From positions 128,001 through 192,000 of the IMG/VR virus record IMGVR_UViG_3300033273_000282: DNA of 64,000 nucleotides. One strand, given 5' to 3'. The notes under the pieces are model-generated. The model searched no databases and was not told the DNA's origin. It worked only from the letters and a program-made list of their open reading frames with translations. The position numbers and the translations under genes were made by a program. The stretch is from a virus (taxonomy: Duplodnaviria; Caudoviricetes). This document shows, piece after piece, positions 21,201 through 29,872 of the stretch (positions within the stretch are counted from its first letter, which is position 1; each line of letters starts with the position of its first letter).

Positions 21201-24200
21201 TCTGGCAATGTAATGACTGTTACTTGCCCTAGAGGTTCTGCTGTATTTGCCAAGAACTCCTACGCTTTTAACTTCAGCGGTGCCACTACAGACGGTGCTT
21301 ACATCGTTGATGACTGTGAGGATCACAGAAGATTCACAATCATCCTCCCTGCTGCTAGCACGGATTCTGGTACAGTAACTATCACCATCCCTGCTCCTTG
21401 GCAGACACCAAACTCTGTTCCTCCCGTTGACAGAGCTGCTGATGGCACATCTTTGATTCTGGCTAACAAGCAACTGATTGCTCAAGAAGCAGTTGCTCGT
21501 ATGTTGATTGCTAACCCAACCTTCAACATTCCAACTGGCAACCAGGCTTGTATTGATGATGCTGTTGACTTCCTGGAAGCAATGGCATACAACCTTGCTT
21601 ACGGTGGTAACGATCAGGTCTATGATGCCGCTAAGTATTATGTTGATGGCGCTCACGTTGTAGGTGAGGAAGATGAATCTGTAGAGGTCTTCAACAACGC
21701 CAGAGACATTGCTATTCAAGTAATGCGTAACCAGACGGTTACCATCCAAGGTAGCCATGGTCTGACTCAGATTAAAGACTTTACCATCTCCCCCGACTCT
21801 GCTAACTCTGGAGTCGGTGATCGCTTCAGTGATGCTCGCAACCTGATCTACAAGAACAAAGAGTTCATTGCTGAGATCGCTGTCGGCAGATTGAATGCCA
21901 ACCTCGGATATGAGGTTGTAGATTCCAGACACATGGATGCCCACGATCTGCTGATCGCTAACCTGGACTTCATTGCTGAAGAAGCATATGCTGTTCAGTT
22001 GGCTGCCGATCCTAATCTGACCACCCCAACAGGTGATCCTCAGGATTGTATCGATGACGTTAGAGACATCCTTACCGCAGTTGCTTTCAACGTACAGCAT
22101 GGTAGCAACAACCAAGTCTGGGATGCTGCTAACCTGTATGTTGGTACACCTCACATTCAAGGTGAAGAAGCTAACTCTATTGCGATTATCAACCACGCAA
22201 GAGACATTGCTAAACTGGTAATCACCAACAGAACTCACACTAAAGTTGGTAGTCACGAATACACCCAGTCCTTCGATACCACCATCACCCACGATCAATC
22301 TGCTTCTGGTGGCGCTTACAGTTCTGCTGATTGCGCTAACGTCCAGAGCACCATTGATTCTCTGATGCTGATCGTTACCGATGCGATCACCAACCAGACT
22401 CTGAATGGTGTTACTAAGACTACCCCTGCTACCTTCTCCGTTCCAACTGGCAACCAGTCCTGTATTGATGACATCATCAATATTCTGGAAGTTGCTTCCT
22501 GGAACTTGGCTATGGGTGGCAACGACTTCACCTATGATGCTGCTAACCTGTACATCACAGGCAACCACGTCGTTGGCGAAGAGAACCACTCCATCTATGC
22601 TTTCCGTCAGGCAAGAGATATTGCCATCGAGTGTTTCCAGAATGAAGATGTAACTACTGGTGGATACACCCAACGCACTCAATTTAAGGATCTTACGATC
22701 ACTCAGGACACAGGTCTTCCAATCTGTGCTAACGTAATCGCATCACTTACTGCGTTGATGAACGTTGTTGAAGTTGCTATTGATACCCAGTCTCTGTCTT
22801 CTTTTACTAGAACGGATTCTTACGCAAACAGATGTTCTGACACTGCTGCTGCCATCACCTCTCTGACTGGTGTTGTTACAGGTGCTATTGGTAGCACTGG
22901 TAACCCTGGTAGCCTGAGTGGTGTTGTTAGAACATATCCAGTTAGCGACCAACAGTGTATTGATGACGTATATCACGTACTCCGTGCTTGGATGTACGAC
23001 ATGCGTTATGGCGGTAACTCCAAGACTATTGAAGCCGCACAGAAGTACATCCAAGGTACTAACGTTAACTACGTTACTAATGAAGTACCTCAAACTCGTG
23101 AGGTATATACAAGAGCCGAGCAACTTGCTACTCTTGCTATTCGTAACCAACTCCCTCAGGGTGAGTTCTCGCAGATTGCTCCATTCCACAACGCATCTAC
23201 AACAGTTGATAGCAACCAACCCGAGTGTGGTGCTTCTATCACCTTCCTGAATGGTCTTGCTACCATTCTGGATGACGCGCTGTCAACTGCTGGAACATCA
23301 CTTTCCAATGTTACTCTCACCGAGCCAAGCACACTCCTGAAAGATGACAGTGGACTTAAGATTGTCCCAATGTTGGCTGACAACCTTGACCTACCTGTTA
23401 TTGAGGCATCGCCTTACATCCAGAACGCATCGCTGATTTCGTTCCTGGGTGCGTCTGGTGCTGAGATCGATGGTGCTAAGGTTGCTTCTCCCAACGTTCC
23501 CCGTCCTGGTGTATTCCTCGACGGTAACGGTGTTGAGCGTTCTACTTTCCCACCTCAGGGTAAGTCGATGGTTGCCAACGCCTTCACGATCATCTCGGTC
23601 AACGGCGGTGTTGGATATAACATTCTGAACGATGGTTACACCCAGCTGGTGTCGGTCTTTGTCATCTTCGGTGGAGATGGTGTTATTGTTCAGTCTGGTG
23701 GTTATGCCTCACTGACTAACTCTGCTTCTAACTTTGGTACCCGTGCTCTGAAGGCAACTGGTTACCGTTCTGAGGCTTATGAGTTTGACGTTGGTACCGT
23801 AACCCAGATCAGAAACCAAACAGACAACAACGGTGCTCAAACTGGTCGTCAGATCATTGAGGTCGGTGGTCCTATCACCAACTTCCCTGTTGAAGACTAT
23901 ATCATCAAATTTGAAGGATTTAGAAATTCTGATCCTGCTAAGGAATACTTCGTCCTTGGTACGGAACAACTGTCTGGTTCGATCGGTACTCAGATTACCG
24001 CTAACGTTACTACTAACGACGGTCTGGGTCTTGATCTGATCAGAGAGTCCGATAGCACAAACGTGTCGTTCCAGAACGGCAACCTGGATCTGCTGAACAA
24101 TGCGGTCATCAAATTCCACAGACCTTCGATCTGTAACTCCTCCTCCCACACCTGGGAATATGTTGGTGCTGGTGATACCTATAACGCTCTGCCTCAAAAC

Positions 24201-27200
24201 GGTGGTGTTGGTATTCCTGCTAACGAAGCAGTTGAAGAAGCATACGGTCAGGTCTACACCTCTGGTACTAACGAATTCGGTGACTTCAAGGTTGGTGACT
24301 TTGTTACCATCTTCAACAGAACTGGTAGTATCAGCTTCGTTGGTACTGTTAGTATCTCCGAACTGTCTTCGATTAAGATCGTTGGTGGCTCTATCACCAT
24401 TACTGGATTCTCCGACAGTGATGAACTGGGTGGTGCTTTTGCTTCTGACTCCTTGCTGCCTACACAGGCTGCTGTTAAGGACTACATCACCAACAAACTT
24501 GGTCCATACCTGAACCAGCCATACTCAACCAACGCTGTTCCTAGCGCTCTGGTTCAGTTGACCACTAGCGGTAAGATCAACATTGAACAGATCCCCGCTC
24601 TGCGTCCTTTCAATATCACATCTGTTGCCTCTACTGCCGAGCGTCTTGCTATTGAAGATGCCAGCGCTGGTGACATCGCTATTGAAACAACTTCGACTTC
24701 TTATCAAGTTGCTCCTTCTAGCGTTGATATTGTCAATGAAGTTATCACCATTCCTTCTCACGGTCTTACCACTGGCGATATTCTGACCTACTTCCAAGGT
24801 ACCTCCAACATTGGTAACTTGGCTGATGGTGCTAACTACTATGTAATTCAACATGCTATTGGTGCTAACACCACCGACTACATCAAACTCGCTACTTCCT
24901 TGGCTGATGCTCAGGCAGGCACTGCGAGAAACCTGACTTCTCAAGGTACTGGCACCCACGTCTTCCGTACTGAAGGTGCTGCTATTTCCTACATTCTGGA
25001 AAATGACCTTGATACAATGTATGCTGCGTTTGTTCCTAACAGCGCATACGTATTCAGCAACAACTCTCTGATTATTGGTTCTCAGTCTACTGCTCAGGTA
25101 ATCGTCACCAACTACGAAGGTGGTGTCGTCAGAGACATTCTGATCGATGATCCTGGTTCTGGTTACGCTACTGCTCCTGGTATTAGCATCAGTGCTCCAC
25201 CTAGCGGTACTCAAGCAACTGCGAGTTGTACTATCACTAATGGTCAGGTAGCGTCGATCACCATTACCAACCCTGGTTCTGGTTACTACACAGCACCTAC
25301 AGTTTCTTTCACAGGTGCTCCTACAGGCGGTACAACTGCTACTGCTCAGGGCAATGCTGCTAGAATTGAAGCCAGACTTTATGTTGATCTTGCTAATAAT
25401 ATCAAGATCTCTGACATTGACTTCATTCTTGACGAAGCAAACGTCACCGTAGCCAGCGGCGTATACACCCACGATACCTTCGATATCACAATTACTGAAA
25501 CCAATCACGGATTTAGCCAAGGTGATACGGTATATCTGGAATTCACATCTGGTTCTTCGACCAGTGGTTTCTACTCTGTTGATAGTATTGTCAACGCAAA
25601 CGAGTACACGGTTGTTGCTCAGACAGCACTCCTTACCTCTGGTAACTACAACAGAAAGAGAATCGTTGACATCACCAGAGTTGTTAACACCTCTGCTTCT
25701 AACGCTCAGAACTGGACTCAGTTGTCCTCCACTAACATCGATGCTTCTAACATCGTTGCTGGTGTTATTGACCCACAGCGTTTGGCTGACACTGGTGTTG
25801 CTAACTCCTTCACCTTCCTTAGAGGTGATGCTTCCTTCCAGTATGCTGTTCAGTCGATTAAATTTACTACAGACGATGTTCTGGTTGGTGAATCTTCGAT
25901 TCAGGATAACAGCTACATTGAGAAAGTTAATATCGTTAACCCTGGTTCTGGTTATACCGTTGGTACATACCAGAACATCCCAATGGTCGGCGGTAACGTT
26001 CAGATCTCTGAGCAAGGCGTTGCTCGTGCTACCTATACCGTCGCTGACGTTGTAACTGGTGGTATTGTAGATAGCGTAAGTAACCTGTCGTTTACCCCAG
26101 GATCTTACACCCCCAGCAGCACATTTGACGTTTCTGTTTCTACCACCGATGGCGCTGGTCTCGGTGCTCAGATCAGATTCGTAACTGATGTCAACGGTGA
26201 TATCGCAGTTGATATCATTCTCGATGGTGGATCTGGATACAATGGTGGCGATACTCTTGAATTTGACGGTCCACTCTTCGGTGGTACTGTACAGCAGGGC
26301 GTAAGCGTAACTGTATCCACGTTGACTTCCAGCACAACCCTTGGTGCTATCACTAGCGTTTCGGTTGTTACTCCTGGTACTGGATACACCTCTGACTTTA
26401 CACTCACAGTTCCTAGCGAACTGGGTCAACCAGTTCAGGCAGGTAGTCTGACTGCTGTTAAGGGTACATTGTCTCGTTACTACGGTAACGCTTCGTTTGA
26501 CCTTCTCAAGGCAAACAACCTTACCCCAACAACCCTCCAGGCTGGCGGTTCGGTCTTCGGTAACTATGGTATCGCCAAGTTCCGTAAGCCAGCTGCTGAG
26601 CAAGCGCTCGCTAACCAAGACCTCGGTGGTTTCGTTATTACCACTGCTGGTGAAGTTACCATTGACCAGGGTCCTGGTTCTAAACTGAACGCTGATAAAC
26701 TGGATGGTAACGAAGGTTCCTTCTACCAGAACGCTACCAACCTTATTGAGGGTATTCTTGATCCTCAGCGCCTGGCAAACACCACCTACAACATCTCGAT
26801 CTCTGGTACAGCAGACTACGCAAACACTCTGTTCTGCGAAACAACTGCTCCATCTTCCGCTAACGCTTCCCTCGTCAGCGCTGCTAACGTAGGTACCCAG
26901 CTTGCCCTGAGATCCAACTCCGTAACTGGTATTCCTACCGATGCTGGTGGAACCAGAGCGGGTATCATGACGTTCCGTCGTTCCGCAACTGGTAACTCTG
27001 TTGCTCAGTTGGCTTTCTCTGCCACCGACAACCTGTACCTGAGAGGCAACTCTGACACTGGTACTGTATATGGTCAGTGGGCGAAGATCTGGTCTTCTGA
27101 GAACGATGGTGCTCCCGATCCTAACGATCCTCGTCGTGGCACTCTGCCTGGTCCAGATGCCGACTACCTCGATGGTAAGCAAGGTCTCTGGTATCAAGGT

Positions 27201-29108
27201 GGTTACAACATCAATGACCAGCGTGTTGCTGGTGTCATCGGTGACACTGCTCTGCCCGAGCTGCTGGGTCGTAATAAGTATTTCGCTGACAACCTGTATC
27301 TGGTTGCTTCAAGTGAGACTTACGAACTGTATGTTCCCGACTTCTTCTGTGCTACTGGTACTGCTCCTGTTGGTAACTTGGCTAACAATGGAGTTTATAC
27401 ACTCTACTCCGATGAAGCCGCTGTCAATAACATCGGTACAATCACCATTCTTGCTAACGGTATTTCCGAAGTTAACGACACCACTACTGGTTCCATCTAC
27501 ACAACGATTAGAGGTACAATCAGTTTCGTTGGTAACTACACCAACAAAGATATCAAGGTCTTTGGTCCTAACCCTGGTACTAAGTGGACTGTTACTTCTT
27601 CCAACCTGCTGACCACTGGCGCAAGTCAAGTGTTCGCTATGAGCAACACCGCTAACGGTGCTCTGCTTGAAATTGGTAGAACTAACATCGTTGCTACCCC
27701 AACCATTGACTTTAGATCTGGTGCTCTGGCTTCTGACTATGATGTAAGATTTGAAGTTAGCGGTGGCACCGCACAGAACGGTGAAGGTGTTATCGAACTG
27801 AAGACCAGTTCCTTCACCCTGAACGGCAACACTGTATGGCACTCTGGTAATGACGGTGTTTCCTCTCAGTTGGACGCACACTATGTTGATGGTTACATCC
27901 AGAGCTCTTCTAACACAAACAATGCTCTTGTAAGAAGAACATCAAGCGGCGACATTAACATCTCTGACGTATACGCTGATCAAGGTATCTTCGCCAACAC
28001 TGGTGAATCCATCCTTCAACTTGCTGATAGCAACGGTATCAACCTCGGTAAGGCAGGCACTAACGTTCTGTCCCTCAGAGGTAGACAGAATACCAATACT
28101 GGTTACATTGAGTTTGGTAATGATTCCAAGAAACTTGGTTGGAACGGTACTCACCTGTCCTACGGTACAATCTACTTCCGTAACAACAGAATCGGTATTG
28201 GCAATGATAACCCACAATATGATCTTCACGCCGCAGGTGATATCGTCACTGGTAGCACAAGCAGATCCGCTAATACAGTTGTTCGTGCTCTCTCGGGAGA
28301 CAGCAACCAAGCAGGCTTTGAAGCGTACGGTAACAGCCAAGGTACTGGTTACCTGTACATAGGTCAGTCTACTTCTTATGGTGGTGGTATTGCCTATAAC
28401 GGCGACAACTCCCCCGCAGCGTTCGGTTCTGAACAGGGTGACGATATCACCTTCTACAGAAGAAACAACGGCACTGACACCCGTGTCATGAAGTACCGTT
28501 ATAATGATTCTACCGTTCACTTCTTCGGTCAGATTCGCTCTCGCGTTGCTACTGGTACCGCTCCCGTCGATGTAGACTCCACTACAGTATGTAATAACCT
28601 GAACGCTGACCTGCTCGATGGATACCAGGCAAACAACCTGCCTTACCTGTCCAGAGCAGTCAACACCTGGATTACTGATGCGAACGGTCAGCAGAGATTC
28701 TACTTCTCTAACAACTCTCATACATACTTCAGAACTGGTAATGACTTCTTCTTCAGAAATGATTCTGATCAGACATTCTTGTCGATGGATGAGGGTGGTA
28801 GAGTTCACTTCCACGAGCCAGGTAGCAACAGCATTCAGAGCAGCTACAGACTCCAAGTTACTGGAGATAGTGGTCTTAACATTAACGCTTCTGAAAGTCT
28901 CTCTAGTGGTCAGAAGTCTACTGTTCTCAGAGCAACTGGAGACAAGCAGTATCTTGACTCCTATGGTATAATCAAGAGAAACCGTCAGAACATTAGCGAG
29001 TCTATCACCATCAACAACGGTGATTCTTGTGGATCCTTTGGTCCTATCACTATAAATAATAATGTGACCATTCAAGTCGCCCCAGGCGGTGCCTGGGTAA
29101 TTCTCTAA
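18207..29108 (+). CDS. Giant multidomain virion/fibre protein (3633 aa) with split beta-helix and four phycobiliprotein-like helical domains
   Basis: Single open frame with GGAG SD at 18194. Contains DDENDG....P..TIKKA beta-helix start, NHGL..G..Y repeats, CIDD..YGGN helical repeats, RIGIGNDNP and LNADLLDGY fibre motifs, and C-terminal GPITINNNVTIQVAPGGAWVIL. Confidence 0.8.
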   Translation: MSLSLNSSQQRLEGSGLVPQGPWTSATYGRANGIVTVTSVAHRLNDEERIYIKFGEDQLLRTIPAGQHEINVVDDDTFTITGTGQNFIEAATACSYRLVRSFVLNATDSMAFTVGTGANEDDAVFINKGPTGNIRVGINNTNPEFDLDVEGQIRTTRSIISDTAQIRNLDVTNEFVTKGLDLRGPNLINFEETDPTASDFGTIYYPTADNPPRQTQNNRIATTKFVYDVATADNGGRVYVSSVPGIGDDENDGRSAAKPVRTIKKAAQIAYSLQQDTEVPEYVSIIVSGGDYVEDNPISLPYNCSLIGDNLRRVILRPLNQDRHMIKASNETYAAGVVFRDHLDNTGTPDWTWKYAYVFDDKQRLYYEPEIAPFSFSPGLENQGRNLFAITFENHTGDNTTLLVGYAVEGGSSSSRGIIESVVFTGPNASPYSSGTIQVLMSDDQSTFLLAEKLYYADIYANIVKTGASPSDSLDVADRESQRPETEVIKHQRYQHVISSETETLRFDGTDLNNVIDTTDNRITIPLHRLYTGAKVIYKVQNEDGAPVEGLTDNTTYFVRVINDNTIELYDTWLDATSLQTTTGIRNLSDEGSGDEHTLFTCRVSVNDDTIYFPNHGLFTGNGIYYRASKAGGIGGLNDNSLIFVYRVDSHHFKLANTQADATNKNISGEDAPVILPLTSEGIGYQRFEKAINVVDISSVTTDVATQQAYNGIIYEVTAASRVIEGINFVGHDYEVGQEVQIYGLPYTALSFGSGASATYTQTANLITVTVSNTDPTVMNVLWPNLKTLGPVGGKGVGVRMVFDDAGNTGHINKSFHIATYQDGTLAQTQSDFNAYLGSPSNLGAGVARYNSSTNEVYFLLRAVDSATRSGTVTVFDNLGDFNGRKYVTHRIERADGYSVKFVTRGSCSRIATALDPSGDQQVCSATNYALMSLRNSPYAFDKVEFGANVQESAKQRDAAETINNNLSFIAEESYAYVKSQYNAGTNTSFSRTGTYTCSGNVMTVTCPRGSAVFAKNSYAFNFSGATTDGAYIVDDCEDHRRFTIILPAASTDSGTVTITIPAPWQTPNSVPPVDRAADGTSLILANKQLIAQEAVARMLIANPTFNIPTGNQACIDDAVDFLEAMAYNLAYGGNDQVYDAAKYYVDGAHVVGEEDESVEVFNNARDIAIQVMRNQTVTIQGSHGLTQIKDFTISPDSANSGVGDRFSDARNLIYKNKEFIAEIAVGRLNANLGYEVVDSRHMDAHDLLIANLDFIAEEAYAVQLAADPNLTTPTGDPQDCIDDVRDILTAVAFNVQHGSNNQVWDAANLYVGTPHIQGEEANSIAIINHARDIAKLVITNRTHTKVGSHEYTQSFDTTITHDQSASGGAYSSADCANVQSTIDSLMLIVTDAITNQTLNGVTKTTPATFSVPTGNQSCIDDIINILEVASWNLAMGGNDFTYDAANLYITGNHVVGEENHSIYAFRQARDIAIECFQNEDVTTGGYTQRTQFKDLTITQDTGLPICANVIASLTALMNVVEVAIDTQSLSSFTRTDSYANRCSDTAAAITSLTGVVTGAIGSTGNPGSLSGVVRTYPVSDQQCIDDVYHVLRAWMYDMRYGGNSKTIEAAQKYIQGTNVNYVTNEVPQTREVYTRAEQLATLAIRNQLPQGEFSQIAPFHNASTTVDSNQPECGASITFLNGLATILDDALSTAGTSLSNVTLTEPSTLLKDDSGLKIVPMLADNLDLPVIEASPYIQNASLISFLGASGAEIDGAKVASPNVPRPGVFLDGNGVERSTFPPQGKSMVANAFTIISVNGGVGYNILNDGYTQLVSVFVIFGGDGVIVQSGGYASLTNSASNFGTRALKATGYRSEAYEFDVGTVTQIRNQTDNNGAQTGRQIIEVGGPITNFPVEDYIIKFEGFRNSDPAKEYFVLGTEQLSGSIGTQITANVTTNDGLGLDLIRESDSTNVSFQNGNLDLLNNAVIKFHRPSICNSSSHTWEYVGAGDTYNALPQNGGVGIPANEAVEEAYGQVYTSGTNEFGDFKVGDFVTIFNRTGSISFVGTVSISELSSIKIVGGSITITGFSDSDELGGAFASDSLLPTQAAVKDYITNKLGPYLNQPYSTNAVPSALVQLTTSGKINIEQIPALRPFNITSVASTAERLAIEDASAGDIAIETTSTSYQVAPSSVDIVNEVITIPSHGLTTGDILTYFQGTSNIGNLADGANYYVIQHAIGANTTDYIKLATSLADAQAGTARNLTSQGTGTHVFRTEGAAISYILENDLDTMYAAFVPNSAYVFSNNSLIIGSQSTAQVIVTNYEGGVVRDILIDDPGSGYATAPGISISAPPSGTQATASCTITNGQVASITITNPGSGYYTAPTVSFTGAPTGGTTATAQGNAARIEARLYVDLANNIKISDIDFILDEANVTVASGVYTHDTFDITITETNHGFSQGDTVYLEFTSGSSTSGFYSVDSIVNANEYTVVAQTALLTSGNYNRKRIVDITRVVNTSASNAQNWTQLSSTNIDASNIVAGVIDPQRLADTGVANSFTFLRGDASFQYAVQSIKFTTDDVLVGESSIQDNSYIEKVNIVNPGSGYTVGTYQNIPMVGGNVQISEQGVARATYTVADVVTGGIVDSVSNLSFTPGSYTPSSTFDVSVSTTDGAGLGAQIRFVTDVNGDIAVDIILDGGSGYNGGDTLEFDGPLFGGTVQQGVSVTVSTLTSSTTLGAITSVSVVTPGTGYTSDFTLTVPSELGQPVQAGSLTAVKGTLSRYYGNASFDLLKANNLTPTTLQAGGSVFGNYGIAKFRKPAAEQALANQDLGGFVITTAGEVTIDQGPGSKLNADKLDGNEGSFYQNATNLIEGILDPQRLANTTYNISISGTADYANTLFCETTAPSSANASLVSAANVGTQLALRSNSVTGIPTDAGGTRAGIMTFRRSATGNSVAQLAFSATDNLYLRGNSDTGTVYGQWAKIWSSENDGAPDPNDPRRGTLPGPDADYLDGKQGLWYQGGYNINDQRVAGVIGDTALPELLGRNKYFADNLYLVASSETYELYVPDFFCATGTAPVGNLANNGVYTLYSDEAAVNNIGTITILANGISEVNDTTTGSIYTTIRGTISFVGNYTNKDIKVFGPNPGTKWTVTSSNLLTTGASQVFAMSNTANGALLEIGRTNIVATPTIDFRSGALASDYDVRFEVSGGTAQNGEGVIELKTSSFTLNGNTVWHSGNDGVSSQLDAHYVDGYIQSSSNTNNALVRRTSSGDINISDVYADQGIFANTGESILQLADSNGINLGKAGTNVLSLRGRQNTNTGYIEFGNDSKKLGWNGTHLSYGTIYFRNNRIGIGNDNPQYDLHAAGDIVTGSTSRSANTVVRALSGDSNQAGFEAYGNSQGTGYLYIGQSTSYGGGIAYNGDNSPAAFGSEQGDDITFYRRNNGTDTRVMKYRYNDSTVHFFGQIRSRVATGTAPVDVDSTTVCNNLNADLLDGYQANNLPYLSRAVNTWITDANGQQRFYFSNNSHTYFRTGNDFFFRNDSDQTFLSMDEGGRVHFHEPGSNSIQSSYRLQVTGDSGLNINASESLSSGQKSTVLRATGDKQYLDSYGIIKRNRQNISESITINNGDSCGSFGPITINNNVTIQVAPGGAWVIL
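29051..29058 (+). promoter_or_regulatory. T4 late promoter TATAAATA embedded in the 3' end of the 3633-aa gene
   Basis: Exact consensus 58 nt upstream of the ATG at 29117. Confidence 0.55.
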
Positions 29109-29116
29109 GTAAATCT

Positions 29117-29869
29117 ATGAGTAGGTTATACGTAAATAATATCCGCGCTTACAGCGGATCAACTATTTCCATTCCTGCCACTACTGCCCTCTCTCTTGGT
29201 GGAGCCAAGATTGACGAGAACTCTGTTCTGCCCAGTGCTTCTGGGCAGGCTAACCGAGCAGTTGGTAGTGATGGTGAGCAAGTTGTATATGACACTTACG
29301 GTGCTCAGTCGATCCAAGTGTTCCAAAGTTCTGGAACATACACTAAATCGGCTGGCGTCAATACCGTTCTTGTCAGGCTTGTAGGTGGCGGTGGTGGTGG
29401 TTCAGGTCATGCTGAATCTGGTGGTGCTGGTGGATACGCTGAAAGAGTTTGCGATGTATCTGGAGTAAATACAGTATCCGTTGTCGTTGGACAGGGTGGT
29501 GCTGGTACTTACTACTCTGGTAGATCGAGCCAAGGTGGTTCTACTTCATTTGGTTCTTTCTGTTCTGCTACTGGTGGCGATGGCGCTAACCAGTCTTTCC
29601 AACATGCTGGTGGACTGGGGGGAATCGGTGCTGGTGGAGATGTTAATATGTACGGCGGCGGTGGATCTGCCCACGGTAGATATAACGGAGCAGGTGGATA
29701 TTCCTTCTTCGGTGGTTGCGCTGCTAGAGGACACCCCCGTGGTGGCGACTATTCAAGAAACCACCAATCAAGATGTGCTCCTGGATCGGGTGGCGCTAAC
29801 GGCTGGTTTCGATCCTACCTCGGACCAGATGGTAAACACGGTATGGTAGTAATCTGGGAATTTAAGTAA
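29117..29869 (+). CDS. Glycine-rich fibre-tip/adhesin-like protein, paralog 1 (250 aa)
   Basis: MSRLYVNNI fibre-adaptor N-terminus; GGGGGGSG..E.GGAGGY, GG.GAN..QH.GG and YGGGGS.H motifs. Confidence 0.7.
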   Translation: MSRLYVNNIRAYSGSTISIPATTALSLGGAKIDENSVLPSASGQANRAVGSDGEQVVYDTYGAQSIQVFQSSGTYTKSAGVNTVLVRLVGGGGGGSGHAESGGAGGYAERVCDVSGVNTVSVVVGQGGAGTYYSGRSSQGGSTSFGSFCSATGGDGANQSFQHAGGLGGIGAGGDVNMYGGGGSAHGRYNGAGGYSFFGGCAARGHPRGGDYSRNHQSRCAPGSGGANGWFRSYLGPDGKHGMVVIWEFK

Positions 29870-29872
29870 ACA

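Noticed and set aside
19566-22682. 1038-aa minus-strand ORF, plus other long antisense ORFs (24525-27197, 9040-10221, 11786-12904, 27942-29075, 60821-61987, 61990-63129)
   Set aside because: They lie in register opposite long + strand genes whose codon bias avoids TTA/CTA/TCA, so antisense stops are rare. The translations are low-complexity Ser/Thr/Val/Ile with no motifs.
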